Below, piece by piece: positions 49,937 to 59,670 of a stretch of 64,000 nt of DNA. The position numbers and the translations under genes are program-made. Location of the stretch: contig CBDCJH010000002.1 in the NCBI GenBank assembly GCA_965217775.1, positions 1,568,001 to 1,632,000 of the forward strand, in the 5' to 3' direction. How positions within the stretch are numbered: the stretch's first letter is position 1; each line of letters starts with the position of its first letter. The DNA comes from Acidobacteriota bacterium. Its GTDB lineage: Bacteria; Acidobacteriota; UBA6911; RPQK01; JAJDTT01. Below the pieces are notes generated by a model. That model was not told where the DNA came from. It did no database searches and saw nothing but the letters and a program-made list of their open reading frames with translations.

Positions 49937-51496
49937 CTACTTGAACTGGAAGGAATAGAGCTTGGCGTTCCGGATCCGGAAGCGCAGTTGAATGGGGCGG
50001 CCCGCCAGCTCGCCGAGGTCGCCTCGACCCTGCCAACTGGCTTGGTGCGTTCCCGTCCTGGTCAGGGGATCGGATTGATCCAAGGAGAAGCCGGACACGG
50101 GCTGGGCCTGATGATCCAGGATCTCCACCTTGACCTCCGCACGCCCCGCGCCATAGTTGTGACCGGCCGCTTCCAGGTTCACCGCCAGTGTCGTGCCTTC
50201 GAAGCTGAAGAGGTGGGTGAGCAGGATCCCCGGCCGGAGCTTTCCGGCGTCAATGGAAACGAAGCCGTCCTCCGGGAGTGTGGCCAGCCCGGGTGCCCGA
50301 ATCGCCGAGTCTCCGGCGAAAAAGAGCTGCTGGGGTCCCCTCCAGTTGGCACCCGTATAGTAGATCCGGACCTTGCCGTCACGCATGATCGGTGCCGAGC
50401 AGTAGATGCTCACTTCGTCGAAGCTTCCATGGTCCCCGTTACGGACCAGGGGCTCCCGGAATTCTCTCTCGTAATGCACTCCGTCGCGGCTGAAGGCCAG
50501 GGTGGGGTAGTGGAGGGTGTTGGTGGTCCGAAAGATCCAGGGCAGGGCGATATAGACTCCCTCGTAGGCGACGACGGGGAAGTTGTAGAATTCGGTATCC
50601 ACATAATCCCGTTCGTCCGGCAGCAGGATGTTCTGGGGCAGACCCCAGTTCTTCAGATCGGGGCTCTCGGCCCTTCCCACGATGCGTTTCCCCAGGGGAC
50701 AGCCACGGTGGAGGCAGTTCTCGATATGAGCCGCATACACCCTCCGGATGGGATCCCAGCCCATGTAGTGCGTGGGTCCCCAACGGCCCGGCTCCGGTGT
50801 GGTATCCATCACCGGATTCCCCGGGTCGGGCGTCCACTCGAAGCCGTCGCCGGAGTAGTACAGGTGGAGCTGCATGCCTGGGGGGTCGCTGGAGCGGGTT
50901 TGACCGATCGCCTTGTAGCGCCTCGCCGGATCCTTCTCATTGGTGTCGAAGAAGGTGGGAGCTCGGCTGTCTTCGGGCAGGATGTTGTTGGAACGGGAGC
51001 CGTTGAACTCCACCTTGCCCAGACTGGGTTTTTCCCAGTGGACTCCATCGCGGGAGGTCGCGTAGCAGAGACGGTAGGTGTAATGGCGATAGTCGCCCAC
51101 GTAGCGATAGGCCGCTTCCACCTGTTCCCGGACCGCGCCCTTGTCCGTCCATTGGTAATCGGTCAGCTCTCCGCCCCCGCGCTGGGCCTGGTATTGATCT
51201 GTGGTCCTGTACCACATCTTGAACAGGCCCTCCTCCTCGTCGTATAGAACCTTGGCGATGGGACTGAGACTGCCCTCCCAGGGGCGATCTGGCCTCACGA
51301 CAGGATTGTTGGCCGACTTGGTGGCCGGGTTGAGCACCCGTTGGGCGTCGCTGAGGCTCTGGATCATGTAGTCGTCGATGAAGAGCTGCTTGCGGTTCCC
51401 GATCTCCAGTAGGCTCGGAGGGTCCGATGCTCCGTGAAGCGTCAGGATGGTAAGCACAGATACACTGAGACTCGTTAGAGAAACCTGGCTTCTCAT
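49937..51496 (-). CDS. Secreted beta-propeller glycoside-hydrolase-like paralog
   Basis: Colinear with 44120-45703 (QLFIDD, SRDGVHWEKP, NAKLYSFQF); GGAGG RBS. Confidence 0.78.
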   Translation of the reverse strand: MRSQVSLTSLSVSVLTILTLHGASDPPSLLEIGNRKQLFIDDYMIQSLSDAQRVLNPATKSANNPVVRPDRPWEGSLSPIAKVLYDEEEGLFKMWYRTTDQYQAQRGGGELTDYQWTDKGAVREQVEAAYRYVGDYRHYTYRLCYATSRDGVHWEKPSLGKVEFNGSRSNNILPEDSRAPTFFDTNEKDPARRYKAIGQTRSSDPPGMQLHLYYSGDGFEWTPDPGNPVMDTTPEPGRWGPTHYMGWDPIRRVYAAHIENCLHRGCPLGKRIVGRAESPDLKNWGLPQNILLPDERDYVDTEFYNFPVVAYEGVYIALPWIFRTTNTLHYPTLAFSRDGVHYEREFREPLVRNGDHGSFDEVSIYCSAPIMRDGKVRIYYTGANWRGPQQLFFAGDSAIRAPGLATLPEDGFVSIDAGKLRPGILLTHLFSFEGTTLAVNLEAAGHNYGAGRAEVKVEILDHQAQPVSGFSLDQSDPLTRTGTHQASWQGRGDLGELAGRPIQLRFRIRNAKLYSFQFK

Positions 51497-51763
51497 TCCG
51501 TTCCTCCCTTGAAAGTCAGTACCTACAGCCTGGGAATCCAAGTGAGCCATAGGCTCTCAGGCGGCTGTTTCGTAGAGTTGATTGGAACGACTATACAACC
51601 GGCTCGATGTCCGGTCCAGGCGAGCCGGAGGAGCATCCCGTAACCGGGTGACTATACCTCTCTTCCGAGACGTACTCTTGGGCCGAGCTCAGCTGCTGAG
51701 GGTGTTACGATCACCGGTTGAGGATTGGGTGCGTGAGATTCGGAGCACTTCGGATGCTGGCTG

Positions 51764-52711
51764 TCAGTTGACATATCGGGTCTGGGTGATTGCCGAATCC
51801 CAGGAACGGCCTTCCATGACAAGGCCTTCATTTTCGGTACCTGGCTTGCCCCGAAAGGACTGTTCCATGGTTACTTCCTCTCTTCGGGTCACCGGACCGG
51901 TAGAGTAGTCGGCAGGGATCGTGATCTGCTGAGTGGCCTCCACCGTCAACTTCACCGGAATCACGCCTGGTTCCGGATGGCCGGTGGCCCGGACCGACAA
52001 GGCAAGCTCAATCTCCAGGTGGTGCACGCCCTTGATGGTCTTGACACCCAAAAGCCGGCCGGCGCCGGAGACACTCGAAGGATCGAGTCGAGGCGACATT
52101 CCACCAAACTTCCTCAGCAGTAGCCTCTTGTCGGCGAGCCAGCTTGCACCTACTTTTTGTGGTCGAGCGATCTTGAAAATCCGGTCGTCGATTTCCTTCC
52201 CGCCAGTGTCGGTGGTGACGATTCGGGGCAGACTTTCGAGGGCCAGATCTGACAGCGCTTCCCCAACCCGTTTCGCCCTGTAAACGGTCTCGTCATCCTC
52301 AGTCTGGGCGATGACCAAGGTGTCCGGCGAGCAGATCTCCTGGGGCCGACCCTTGTCCGGTGTAAGGACGTACTTGACGACCGTGATCAGGAGCTTGCTT
52401 TCTGCCCCGCGACGATTGACTTCGAGGACTTCGATCGTGCCCTCGAACTCGAAGCTTTGGATGGATTGTTCTTCCCACGCGACTTTTCCCTCTTTCTTGA
52501 CGACGCGTTCTACACTCTGTGTGCCTCTCTTGCGCACGCTCCGTCTACTTCCCACCTGGCTTGGTACAAAGGTCCGTACCCTGTAGCTTTTCTCTGAGGC
52601 ATCAGCCTGCTCTGCCGTGTGCGAGGAGAATAGGACCAGTCCCGCCAGAGCCAGAACCGGGAAGCGCCAGGTTCGCCCAATGGGCACCCCGACGGCCTTT
52701 CCACGCTTCAT
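51764..52711 (-). CDS. Hypothetical secreted protein
   Basis: 315-aa ORF with signal-like N-terminus; no recognisable motif. Confidence 0.65.
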   Translation of the reverse strand: MKRGKAVGVPIGRTWRFPVLALAGLVLFSSHTAEQADASEKSYRVRTFVPSQVGSRRSVRKRGTQSVERVVKKEGKVAWEEQSIQSFEFEGTIEVLEVNRRGAESKLLITVVKYVLTPDKGRPQEICSPDTLVIAQTEDDETVYRAKRVGEALSDLALESLPRIVTTDTGGKEIDDRIFKIARPQKVGASWLADKRLLLRKFGGMSPRLDPSSVSGAGRLLGVKTIKGVHHLEIELALSVRATGHPEPGVIPVKLTVEATQQITIPADYSTGPVTRREEVTMEQSFRGKPGTENEGLVMEGRSWDSAITQTRYVN

Positions 52712-52930
52712 CCACGGATCTCCCAGCCTGCGGATTTCCTAAACCGAACCATCAGTGTGACGAACTGTCAGTAAATCGTTCCGGAACCAGCGACAGTCGA
52801 CAGACCCGCACGCAGTACTGCTGATCGCGCCGTCGTCGGACATTCCCGGTAATGCCAATGTCTCTATTTGCGAATGGGGCAGCGCAGTCGGCGGCCACTG
52901 GTCTGAGACCGTGTTCTCCTCCGACCTTTC

Positions 52931-54895
52931 TCATTCGTTCAAATGCATGCGTCGATCATCCCTCTGTTCCAGGAGTCGGCGGAAGGCGCTCTCTTTCAGG
53001 ACCCCTCGTGCCTCGACGAGCATTTCTGTTGCAAAATGCTCCTGGCCGGCAGGTTTTGTACTCCCCCAGATCTCAAAAGCCCGCTCTCGGACCGTACGCC
53101 GATGGTCCGGGCTCCCCACGAAACTGTAATGGAATTCGGAATCTCGGCCGGCGGTCTCTGAAAACTCCGGTAGCTGCCGCAGGGACCGATAGGCCGCAAA
53201 CCGCACCGCATCGTAAGGATCCTCCAATAACTGGGCAAGATACGGTCCCATCCAGTGTGACCCGGAGACCTGCTGCGCTGCGTGCCAACCCATGCTCCAA
53301 GCGACCAGCGCACGCTGACCCGCATCTCCACTCAGAATCCAGAGGACAGAGGCGGCGATGGAGCGCTGATCGGCTGTCAGCCGGGGGCCGGGTATCAGAT
53401 GCCATGCCTCGAGATGATCGGAAGTCCATGCCAGCGTCTTGTCCAGATGACATAGGTTGCATGCATTGGGTCGACCGGTCTGAAGGCTGCTGGTCACGGT
53501 CGGACTGTCGATCTGGTGGCTGCGGATGGCCTTGAGGAGTCCCCACGTCGTGTGAGGCATATGGCAGTTGTAACAGCTGCTCCCGGTGGAGTCCGGCTGG
53601 TGGTGGGTGTGATCAGTCAGCCGCTTGTGACCTTCGAATTGCGGATGACACTGCAAACATGCCTGGTTGCTGTCCATGCCCAGAGTCAACTGATCGTCGG
53701 CCCACTGTTTCAGTGACCTGGGATCGTCTGTGGGCCTGTGCATAGTGTGACAGGAAAGGCAAGAGAAATCGCCGCCTCGATAGCAGGGTGACTCGATCAG
53801 TCCATTGTGCTCTCTTCCGGACACGCGAATCATTCCGTCCGCCCAGAAGCTCGTCCCCGGACATTCCGTACTCGAGTTGCACCGGCTCTGTGCCGCGAGC
53901 TCTTGAGCGTCCGGCCGCAGGCGCCGGGTCTCTTCCAGGTCCCGGCCCGGCCGGTACCGCCAGCCGTCCTTGGCGTATTCCCGTTCGTAATCTCTGGTGA
54001 TGAAGCTCAGGCCATGGCACTGACCACATACATGGGAGGAGAGACGCGCCGAAAGACGTCTGGGATTGACGATGGTTCGGTCCGGCCTGCTGCCCCCATA
54101 GAACTCATACCGGCGTCGCGGATCGCGGTTGGCACGTACATGCCTTTCACCTGGACCGTGACACGCCTCGCAGGCAATGCCAAATTCTCCCACGGTGGTG
54201 TCAACCTGCGCCGGCCCATGGATGCGCGGCCGGCCTCGCGTCACATGGCACTGGGTACAATTCTTGTGCCAATTCCCAAATGGAATCGGCGAATCCGGCG
54301 GGGTCAGCAATACCGAAACGTCGGGGATCCATTGTTGCTCAGGAATGCGGTAGACGAAGGGCAATCTGCCAATCCTGCGTCCCTGGCCGGTCTCGAACCA
54401 GTAGTCCTGCTCATGGTGGGAACCGGTTGTCAGGACGATCCGTCTGCGTACGGGTCCTCTACCGGCGCCGTTTTCCGGGTCGTCCATCTCTACCCAGAAT
54501 TCATCCTCTGCGTGGCCGAGACGGTACTTCTTTCCCCGGCTCTCGAGCTCAACTCCAGCGAAAGGGGCGACCACTGCCTGGGGAGTGGCCACCTGCGTCA
54601 TTCTGGGGTGGTAGGAGCCCTTCCAGCTGGCGTACTGTTCCGGATGGCAAGATTGGCACGTCCCTGAAGAGACATACCCTTCGCCAGCGAGTTGGATGGG
54701 ACGGTTTCTTACATCTTGCTCTTCTACGATCCGGTCCAGGTTCCGGACAATGGTCCAGCCGACCGCGACCGAGCCAACCAGACCTGCAGCTACGATGACG
54801 AGGACCGCGCGAGACCTCCCCAACTGGGGGTGGTGCCTCAGGGGAAACAGAGCGAGCAGCAGCAGCGCCGCTGCCACCAACGCTTCAAAGCTCAT
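52931..54895 (-). CDS. Membrane-anchored multiheme (8 CxxCH) cytochrome c
   Basis: CQSCH, CTQCH, CEACH, CGQCH, CLSCH, CLQCH, CYNCH, CNLCH; two N-terminal TM; HEAT-like LLEDPYDAVR near the C-terminus. Confidence 0.9.
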   Translation of the reverse strand: MSFEALVAAALLLLALFPLRHHPQLGRSRAVLVIVAAGLVGSVAVGWTIVRNLDRIVEEQDVRNRPIQLAGEGYVSSGTCQSCHPEQYASWKGSYHPRMTQVATPQAVVAPFAGVELESRGKKYRLGHAEDEFWVEMDDPENGAGRGPVRRRIVLTTGSHHEQDYWFETGQGRRIGRLPFVYRIPEQQWIPDVSVLLTPPDSPIPFGNWHKNCTQCHVTRGRPRIHGPAQVDTTVGEFGIACEACHGPGERHVRANRDPRRRYEFYGGSRPDRTIVNPRRLSARLSSHVCGQCHGLSFITRDYEREYAKDGWRYRPGRDLEETRRLRPDAQELAAQSRCNSSTECPGTSFWADGMIRVSGREHNGLIESPCYRGGDFSCLSCHTMHRPTDDPRSLKQWADDQLTLGMDSNQACLQCHPQFEGHKRLTDHTHHQPDSTGSSCYNCHMPHTTWGLLKAIRSHQIDSPTVTSSLQTGRPNACNLCHLDKTLAWTSDHLEAWHLIPGPRLTADQRSIAASVLWILSGDAGQRALVAWSMGWHAAQQVSGSHWMGPYLAQLLEDPYDAVRFAAYRSLRQLPEFSETAGRDSEFHYSFVGSPDHRRTVRERAFEIWGSTKPAGQEHFATEMLVEARGVLKESAFRRLLEQRDDRRMHLNE

Positions 54896-54988
54896 CGGTC
54901 TCGATCGTGTGAGATGATTCGCCCGCCGACCGGTACCTGGTGCTGGAATGGGCCGATCCAGGTACCCGTCTGTGCTCCCGGGCCTTTA

Positions 54989-55143
54989 CAGTCCGTGGTG
55001 AAAGTCCCGCGAGCACCGAGACCGTTCCTGCGCCCGCCGGACAAGGCGCAACGGAGGGGACCGGGAGTATGTGAGCCGATAGCAACGCAGTCCGCCGGGA
55101 TGCAGGGACGGTCGAATGCCGTGACGACGTTTGCCACGGGCTG
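54989..55143 (+). mobile_element. 155-bp MITE copy C (degenerate centre)
   Basis: Same TIRs; TSD TTTA. Confidence 0.88.
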
Positions 55144-55312
55144 TTTATTCGCCCAATGCCCGAATCCTACTAGAAAGGGACGGTTGAGTGAAAGCTGATA
55201 GGGGTTGGTGCCGGATCGTCTCTCAGTTCGCTTCTGCTACAATTCATGGGTTGCGTTTCCAGCAACGAGTCGTCCGTGACCTCACAGGGCTTCAGGAGAT
55301 GAGCCCGCTTTC

Positions 55313-55786
55313 ATGAGGCGGAGAGTCAAGAGTAGATCGATCAAGCGCAGATCCTCGGACTGCGTTCGCAGACACCTGAGGATCGGGTGGTGGTCGCTTC
55401 TGGCATTCTTGACTCTGGGGCTGGGACTGGAGGCCCTGCACGGCTGGAAGGCCGGTTGGTATCTGGACGCGTCCCAAGAAGCTCGACGACTGATGTGGAC
55501 TCTAGCCCACGCCCACGGCACCCTGCTGTCGCTGGTTCATGTCGGCTTTGCCCTGACGGTTCATCTGATTCCGGCCTGGGATGCGGGTCGCCGCGATCTC
55601 GCTTCACGCTGTCTGGTAGCAGCGATTGTGCTCATCCCACTCGGATTCTTCCTGGGAGGGATCTTCATTCACGGGGGTGATCCAGGCTTGGGCACCCTCC
55701 TGGTCCCCCCGGGAGCTGTTCTGCTCTTTGTGGCGGTTTTCCTGACGGCTCGGGCAGTGAGGTCTTTCGACAGCGCGGCTCGGTAG
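55313..55786 (+). CDS. Hypothetical four-TM membrane protein
   Basis: Four hydrophobic helices, LEALHG and LAHAHG motifs; start uncertain. Confidence 0.75.
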   Translation: MRRRVKSRSIKRRSSDCVRRHLRIGWWSLLAFLTLGLGLEALHGWKAGWYLDASQEARRLMWTLAHAHGTLLSLVHVGFALTVHLIPAWDAGRRDLASRCLVAAIVLIPLGFFLGGIFIHGGDPGLGTLLVPPGAVLLFVAVFLTARAVRSFDSAAR

Positions 55787-55910
55787 GTTTGCAGGAACCT
55801 CCATCGTTTCACTTCAGAGCCACAGACGGAACCATCGGGAATAAACAGACCAAACAAGATTCGTCGCCATCCACTGGGATTGCCTTGCCCGATCCGAAGA
55901 GCCGGCCTGG

Positions 55911-56960
55911 ATGCCCCACGATGATAAAATCGTCAGATTGAGTGATCGTAGGGCAGACCACATCGGGGCCGCGCTGACGACCTGCGAATGGGCAAGAAAA
56001 CTCCTTGGGCCCGATGGCAGCTTCGCCGGGAGCGAGGGCAGCATCGCCGGTTTCTACAAGGCGCCACGTGCCTTTGCGACAGCGGGCCTCGTCCGTGAGG
56101 CTGAGGCCGTAACCGGGTATGTCCGTCGGCATTTTTTTGCCAACGGGGACTTCAATCGAGGCCGGGACGAAGCCGCGCTCGATGGCGCCAACTACTTCAA
56201 CGCCTGGTTGTGTTGGGGGACCCATACGATTGGCGCTTACGATCTCTCCTACCCTGGAGGTGACCACCTGGAAAGGGTGCAGCATCCTGCCCTGGGGGGT
56301 ATCCCGGAATGCCCCAAACCGTCTCCGGCCGAACAGGAAATCGAATGGGGAGCAACCGCCTCAGCCATCGTCGCTTTCATCGCAATGGGACGCCTGTCAC
56401 AGGCGGTTCGAGTAGGCGAGTGTCTGCTGAACCGATTCCTCCGCGGTCAGCCGCAGCCTGGAGCCTCGCTCTACCTCAGAATGGACTGGGAAGGCAGTTG
56501 GAAGACACGGTTCATTGCCGACGATGCGCCCAGGCACGTCATCGAATTTGGGAAGCCAGGTCAGCTTTACTGGTACTTTGGGATCGGCATGGCGGCCTTG
56601 GGACACCTGTACCTGGCAACCGGCGAGGACCGGTTCCTCGAAGGCGGCCTTACCCTGTTCCGGTGGGCACAGAAGTGTCGTCCCTGGGCGTTTGAAGCGC
56701 TGACAGCGGCCAAAGTTGGTTGGGGGGCATCGGTACTCTACCGTTGTACAGGTGACGTTCGCCTCGCACAGGCGTCCAGGAAGGTGGGAAGCATGCTGCT
56801 GCAAACGCAGGAGGCCAACGGCGTCTGGCTGCGCCGCCCGGAATACTCGAGCTATGACGAACAGCCCATCGATCGATCCTTGGACACGAGTCTGGAACGC
56901 GTCTGCTGGCTGTACGAAATCGCCCGGGCCCTAAGCTCCAAATCACTCGAAGAAATATAG
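55911..56960 (+). CDS. Hypothetical protein, possible (alpha/alpha)-barrel
   Basis: 349-aa ORF with QxxxGxW-like motifs (QEANGVW, PDGSF). Confidence 0.65.
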   Translation: MPHDDKIVRLSDRRADHIGAALTTCEWARKLLGPDGSFAGSEGSIAGFYKAPRAFATAGLVREAEAVTGYVRRHFFANGDFNRGRDEAALDGANYFNAWLCWGTHTIGAYDLSYPGGDHLERVQHPALGGIPECPKPSPAEQEIEWGATASAIVAFIAMGRLSQAVRVGECLLNRFLRGQPQPGASLYLRMDWEGSWKTRFIADDAPRHVIEFGKPGQLYWYFGIGMAALGHLYLATGEDRFLEGGLTLFRWAQKCRPWAFEALTAAKVGWGASVLYRCTGDVRLAQASRKVGSMLLQTQEANGVWLRRPEYSSYDEQPIDRSLDTSLERVCWLYEIARALSSKSLEEI

Positions 56961-57118
56961 CAGTCCGTGGTGAAAGTCCCGCGAGCACCGAGACCGTTCC
57001 TGCGCCCGCCGGACAAGGCGCGATTCGGGTGCATACCGGGAGTATGTGCCCGAATCGCAACGCCGTCCGCCGGGATGCAGGGACGGTCGAATGCCGTGAT
57101 GACTTTTGCCACGGGCTG
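56961..57118 (+). mobile_element. 158-bp MITE copy D
   Basis: Same TIRs; TSD ATAG, which includes the upstream TAG stop. Confidence 0.9.
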
Positions 57119-57168
57119 ATAGCAGCAAGGGGAAGCCTGATTCCGGGGAATAAGAGGACGTAGCAATC

Positions 57169-58317
57169 ATGCGCGGGTTTCAACCGTTCCAGATGGAACG
57201 CATGCTGTCCAGGTTCGAGAAAGAGGTGGAATACAATCTTTCCGAAAGCGGCGTCCATCCGGTCTTGCTCCGGGAACTCGTGGATCGGGAGAACGGCTAT
57301 CTGCAAAGCTTGCTGGACACCGATCTGAACTACCCCCACACCAATGGAATCCCCCAGCTTCGGCAGAACATCGCGCGGCTCTATCAGGGCGGCACACCGG
57401 AGAACGTCCTGGTAACGGTCGGGGCGATTGAAGCCAACTACCTGGTGCTGAAGACCCTTCTGGCCGCCGGTGACGAGATCGTCGTGATGCTCCCGAATTA
57501 CATGCAGATCTGGGGACTGGCCAAGAACCATGGCCTGGCGTTGAAGACCTTTCATCCGCGGGAGGAAACGGGCTGGACGCCCGACTTGGCGGAACTGGAG
57601 TCGGTGGTGACGGCCAGCACCCGGCTGATAGCGGTGTGCAATCCCAACAATCCGACCGGGAGCGTTCTTTCCGAATCCGAGATGGACGCCATCATCAACA
57701 TCGCTGACCGGGTCGGAAGCTGGATCCTTGCCGATGAAGTCTATGCTGGGGCCGAGCGCCTCACCGACGAGGAGACGCCTTCCTTTTATGGGCGGTACGA
57801 CAAGGCCCTCGTGACGGGGAGCCTGAGCAAGGCCTACGGACTACCGGGCCTCAGGATCGGCTGGGTAGTGGCACCGGCCGGCATCGTGGATGATATCTGG
57901 GCACGCCATGAATACACGACGATCAGTGCGACAATGCTCTCAAACCAACTGGCAGCCCTGGCGCTGTCTCCCGAAGTTCGCCCCTGGCTGTTACGCCGCA
58001 CTCGTTCCTACATCCGTCGAGGTTATCCCGTACTCCGGAGCTGGATGGATCTGCATCCGGGCAGCTTCAGCCTGAGGCCGCCGGACGCTGGGGCGATCGC
58101 CTTCATTCGCTACCATTTCGACGTCAACTCGACTCGGCTCGTGGAACGAATCGCCTTGGAGAAGAGTGTCCTGATCGTACCGGGGGATCACTTTGGCATC
58201 GATCACTTCGTGCGGGTGAGTTTCGGCCTGCCGCACAGTTACCTACGGTCTGTCTTGGACAGATTTCACGATATGATCGAGGAACTATCTTTGAGATCGA
58301 TACCCCGGAACGACTGA
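57169..58317 (+). CDS. Class I/II PLP aminotransferase
   Basis: NPNNPTG, DEVY, SLSKAYGLPGLRIGW. Confidence 0.92.
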   Translation: MRGFQPFQMERMLSRFEKEVEYNLSESGVHPVLLRELVDRENGYLQSLLDTDLNYPHTNGIPQLRQNIARLYQGGTPENVLVTVGAIEANYLVLKTLLAAGDEIVVMLPNYMQIWGLAKNHGLALKTFHPREETGWTPDLAELESVVTASTRLIAVCNPNNPTGSVLSESEMDAIINIADRVGSWILADEVYAGAERLTDEETPSFYGRYDKALVTGSLSKAYGLPGLRIGWVVAPAGIVDDIWARHEYTTISATMLSNQLAALALSPEVRPWLLRRTRSYIRRGYPVLRSWMDLHPGSFSLRPPDAGAIAFIRYHFDVNSTRLVERIALEKSVLIVPGDHFGIDHFVRVSFGLPHSYLRSVLDRFHDMIEELSLRSIPRND

Positions 58318-58371
58318 CCGCCGCCAACCCAAACGGTCAATCCTGCCGACGAATCAGAATTGGAGGTCCGG

Positions 58372-59520
58372 ATGAGATTACAAATTGTCGATGAAGGCGT
58401 TGTCTGGAAGAACAGGCACGCTTCTGTGCGCTCGCTGTTTGCCTGGCACGGACACACCGTGAACCTGGGTGGCGGAGAGTTGCTGCATGCCATGCGCGTG
58501 GGACAGGCCAGGTCGAGCCTCGACTGCCGCTGCCTGATCGTCCGCTCCACCGACAGCGGGAGGACCTGGAACGAAACCACTCCGCTCCTGGCTGATGAGG
58601 ACCGCGATCCTGACTACAGCTACTTCACGGCTCGGCTCGGGATGACCAGCGATGGGAGGTTGTGGGCGAGTTCGATCCGATTCCACCAGATCGAACCGGA
58701 AGACGCACGCTGGACGGCCGCAAACGGAGGATGGATCGACTGCGAGAATTTTATTTGCACCTCTTCGGACCGGGGCCAGAGCTGGTCCAGTCCTCTGTAT
58801 GTCGGTCCGGAACGTCCTGAGGGCGGTTTTCCCACACTGGCTTCACCCATCTACGAGTTGGCTTCGGGGGAGTTGATGCTGGTGTTCGAAGCTTACTTCA
58901 CCCGGACCATGGAGCAGATGCGTCACCGCGTGACCGCCCTGTACAGTCGCGACGGCGGAGACAGTTGGGGGGAGCAAACGGTCATCGCCCAGGACCCGAA
59001 GCATCAGCTGATCTATTTTGACCCGAGGCTGACACGCTTGGCTGACGGCAGGTGGATCTGCTTCTTCTGGACCCACGACAAGCAGACCGACGAGGCGTTG
59101 AATACCACAGTCGCCTATTCCGAGGATGGCCACGACTGGACGTCTCCCCGGTCCACTCAACTGTGGGGATTCCCCACGCTGCCCTTGACGCTCCCCGACG
59201 GGAGACTGTTTGCGGTCTACAACTATCGACGGATGCCCCAGGGAGTCCGCTGCGCCGTCAGTGAGGACCACGGAAAGAACTGGGACATGCGTCAGGAGTA
59301 CGTCCTCTGGGACCAGATGGAACGACGCGCTACCGGAGAAACAGCCTCCAGCGGTCAGGCCAGGGATTGGGAGGGAAGTTGCCTGGCTGAAATGTTCACC
59401 TGGGATTTCGGCGTTCCGGAACCGACCTTGATGGACGACGGCACCGTCCTGGTCACCTTCTACGCAACCGAGTTAGATCACGTCACCCATCAGCGCTACG
59501 TCAGGATTCAGATTGATTGA
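58372..59520 (+). CDS. BNR/Asp-box sialidase-like protein
   Basis: STDSGRTW, SSDRGQSW, SRDGGDSW, SEDHGKNW; GGAGG RBS. Confidence 0.82.
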   Translation: MRLQIVDEGVVWKNRHASVRSLFAWHGHTVNLGGGELLHAMRVGQARSSLDCRCLIVRSTDSGRTWNETTPLLADEDRDPDYSYFTARLGMTSDGRLWASSIRFHQIEPEDARWTAANGGWIDCENFICTSSDRGQSWSSPLYVGPERPEGGFPTLASPIYELASGELMLVFEAYFTRTMEQMRHRVTALYSRDGGDSWGEQTVIAQDPKHQLIYFDPRLTRLADGRWICFFWTHDKQTDEALNTTVAYSEDGHDWTSPRSTQLWGFPTLPLTLPDGRLFAVYNYRRMPQGVRCAVSEDHGKNWDMRQEYVLWDQMERRATGETASSGQARDWEGSCLAEMFTWDFGVPEPTLMDDGTVLVTFYATELDHVTHQRYVRIQID

Positions 59521-59670
59521 TGGTGAGGCGTCGCTTTCCTTGCCCTTGCCTACGGCCCCCCGGTTAGGAATTCGTGTTAGCGATGAGCCTGGGTGAGAAA
59601 GATGAAGTCGGGCTCGGCTGAGAAGACGACTCAGAACATACAAACCTCCACGGCGGTTTGAGGCCGCTCC

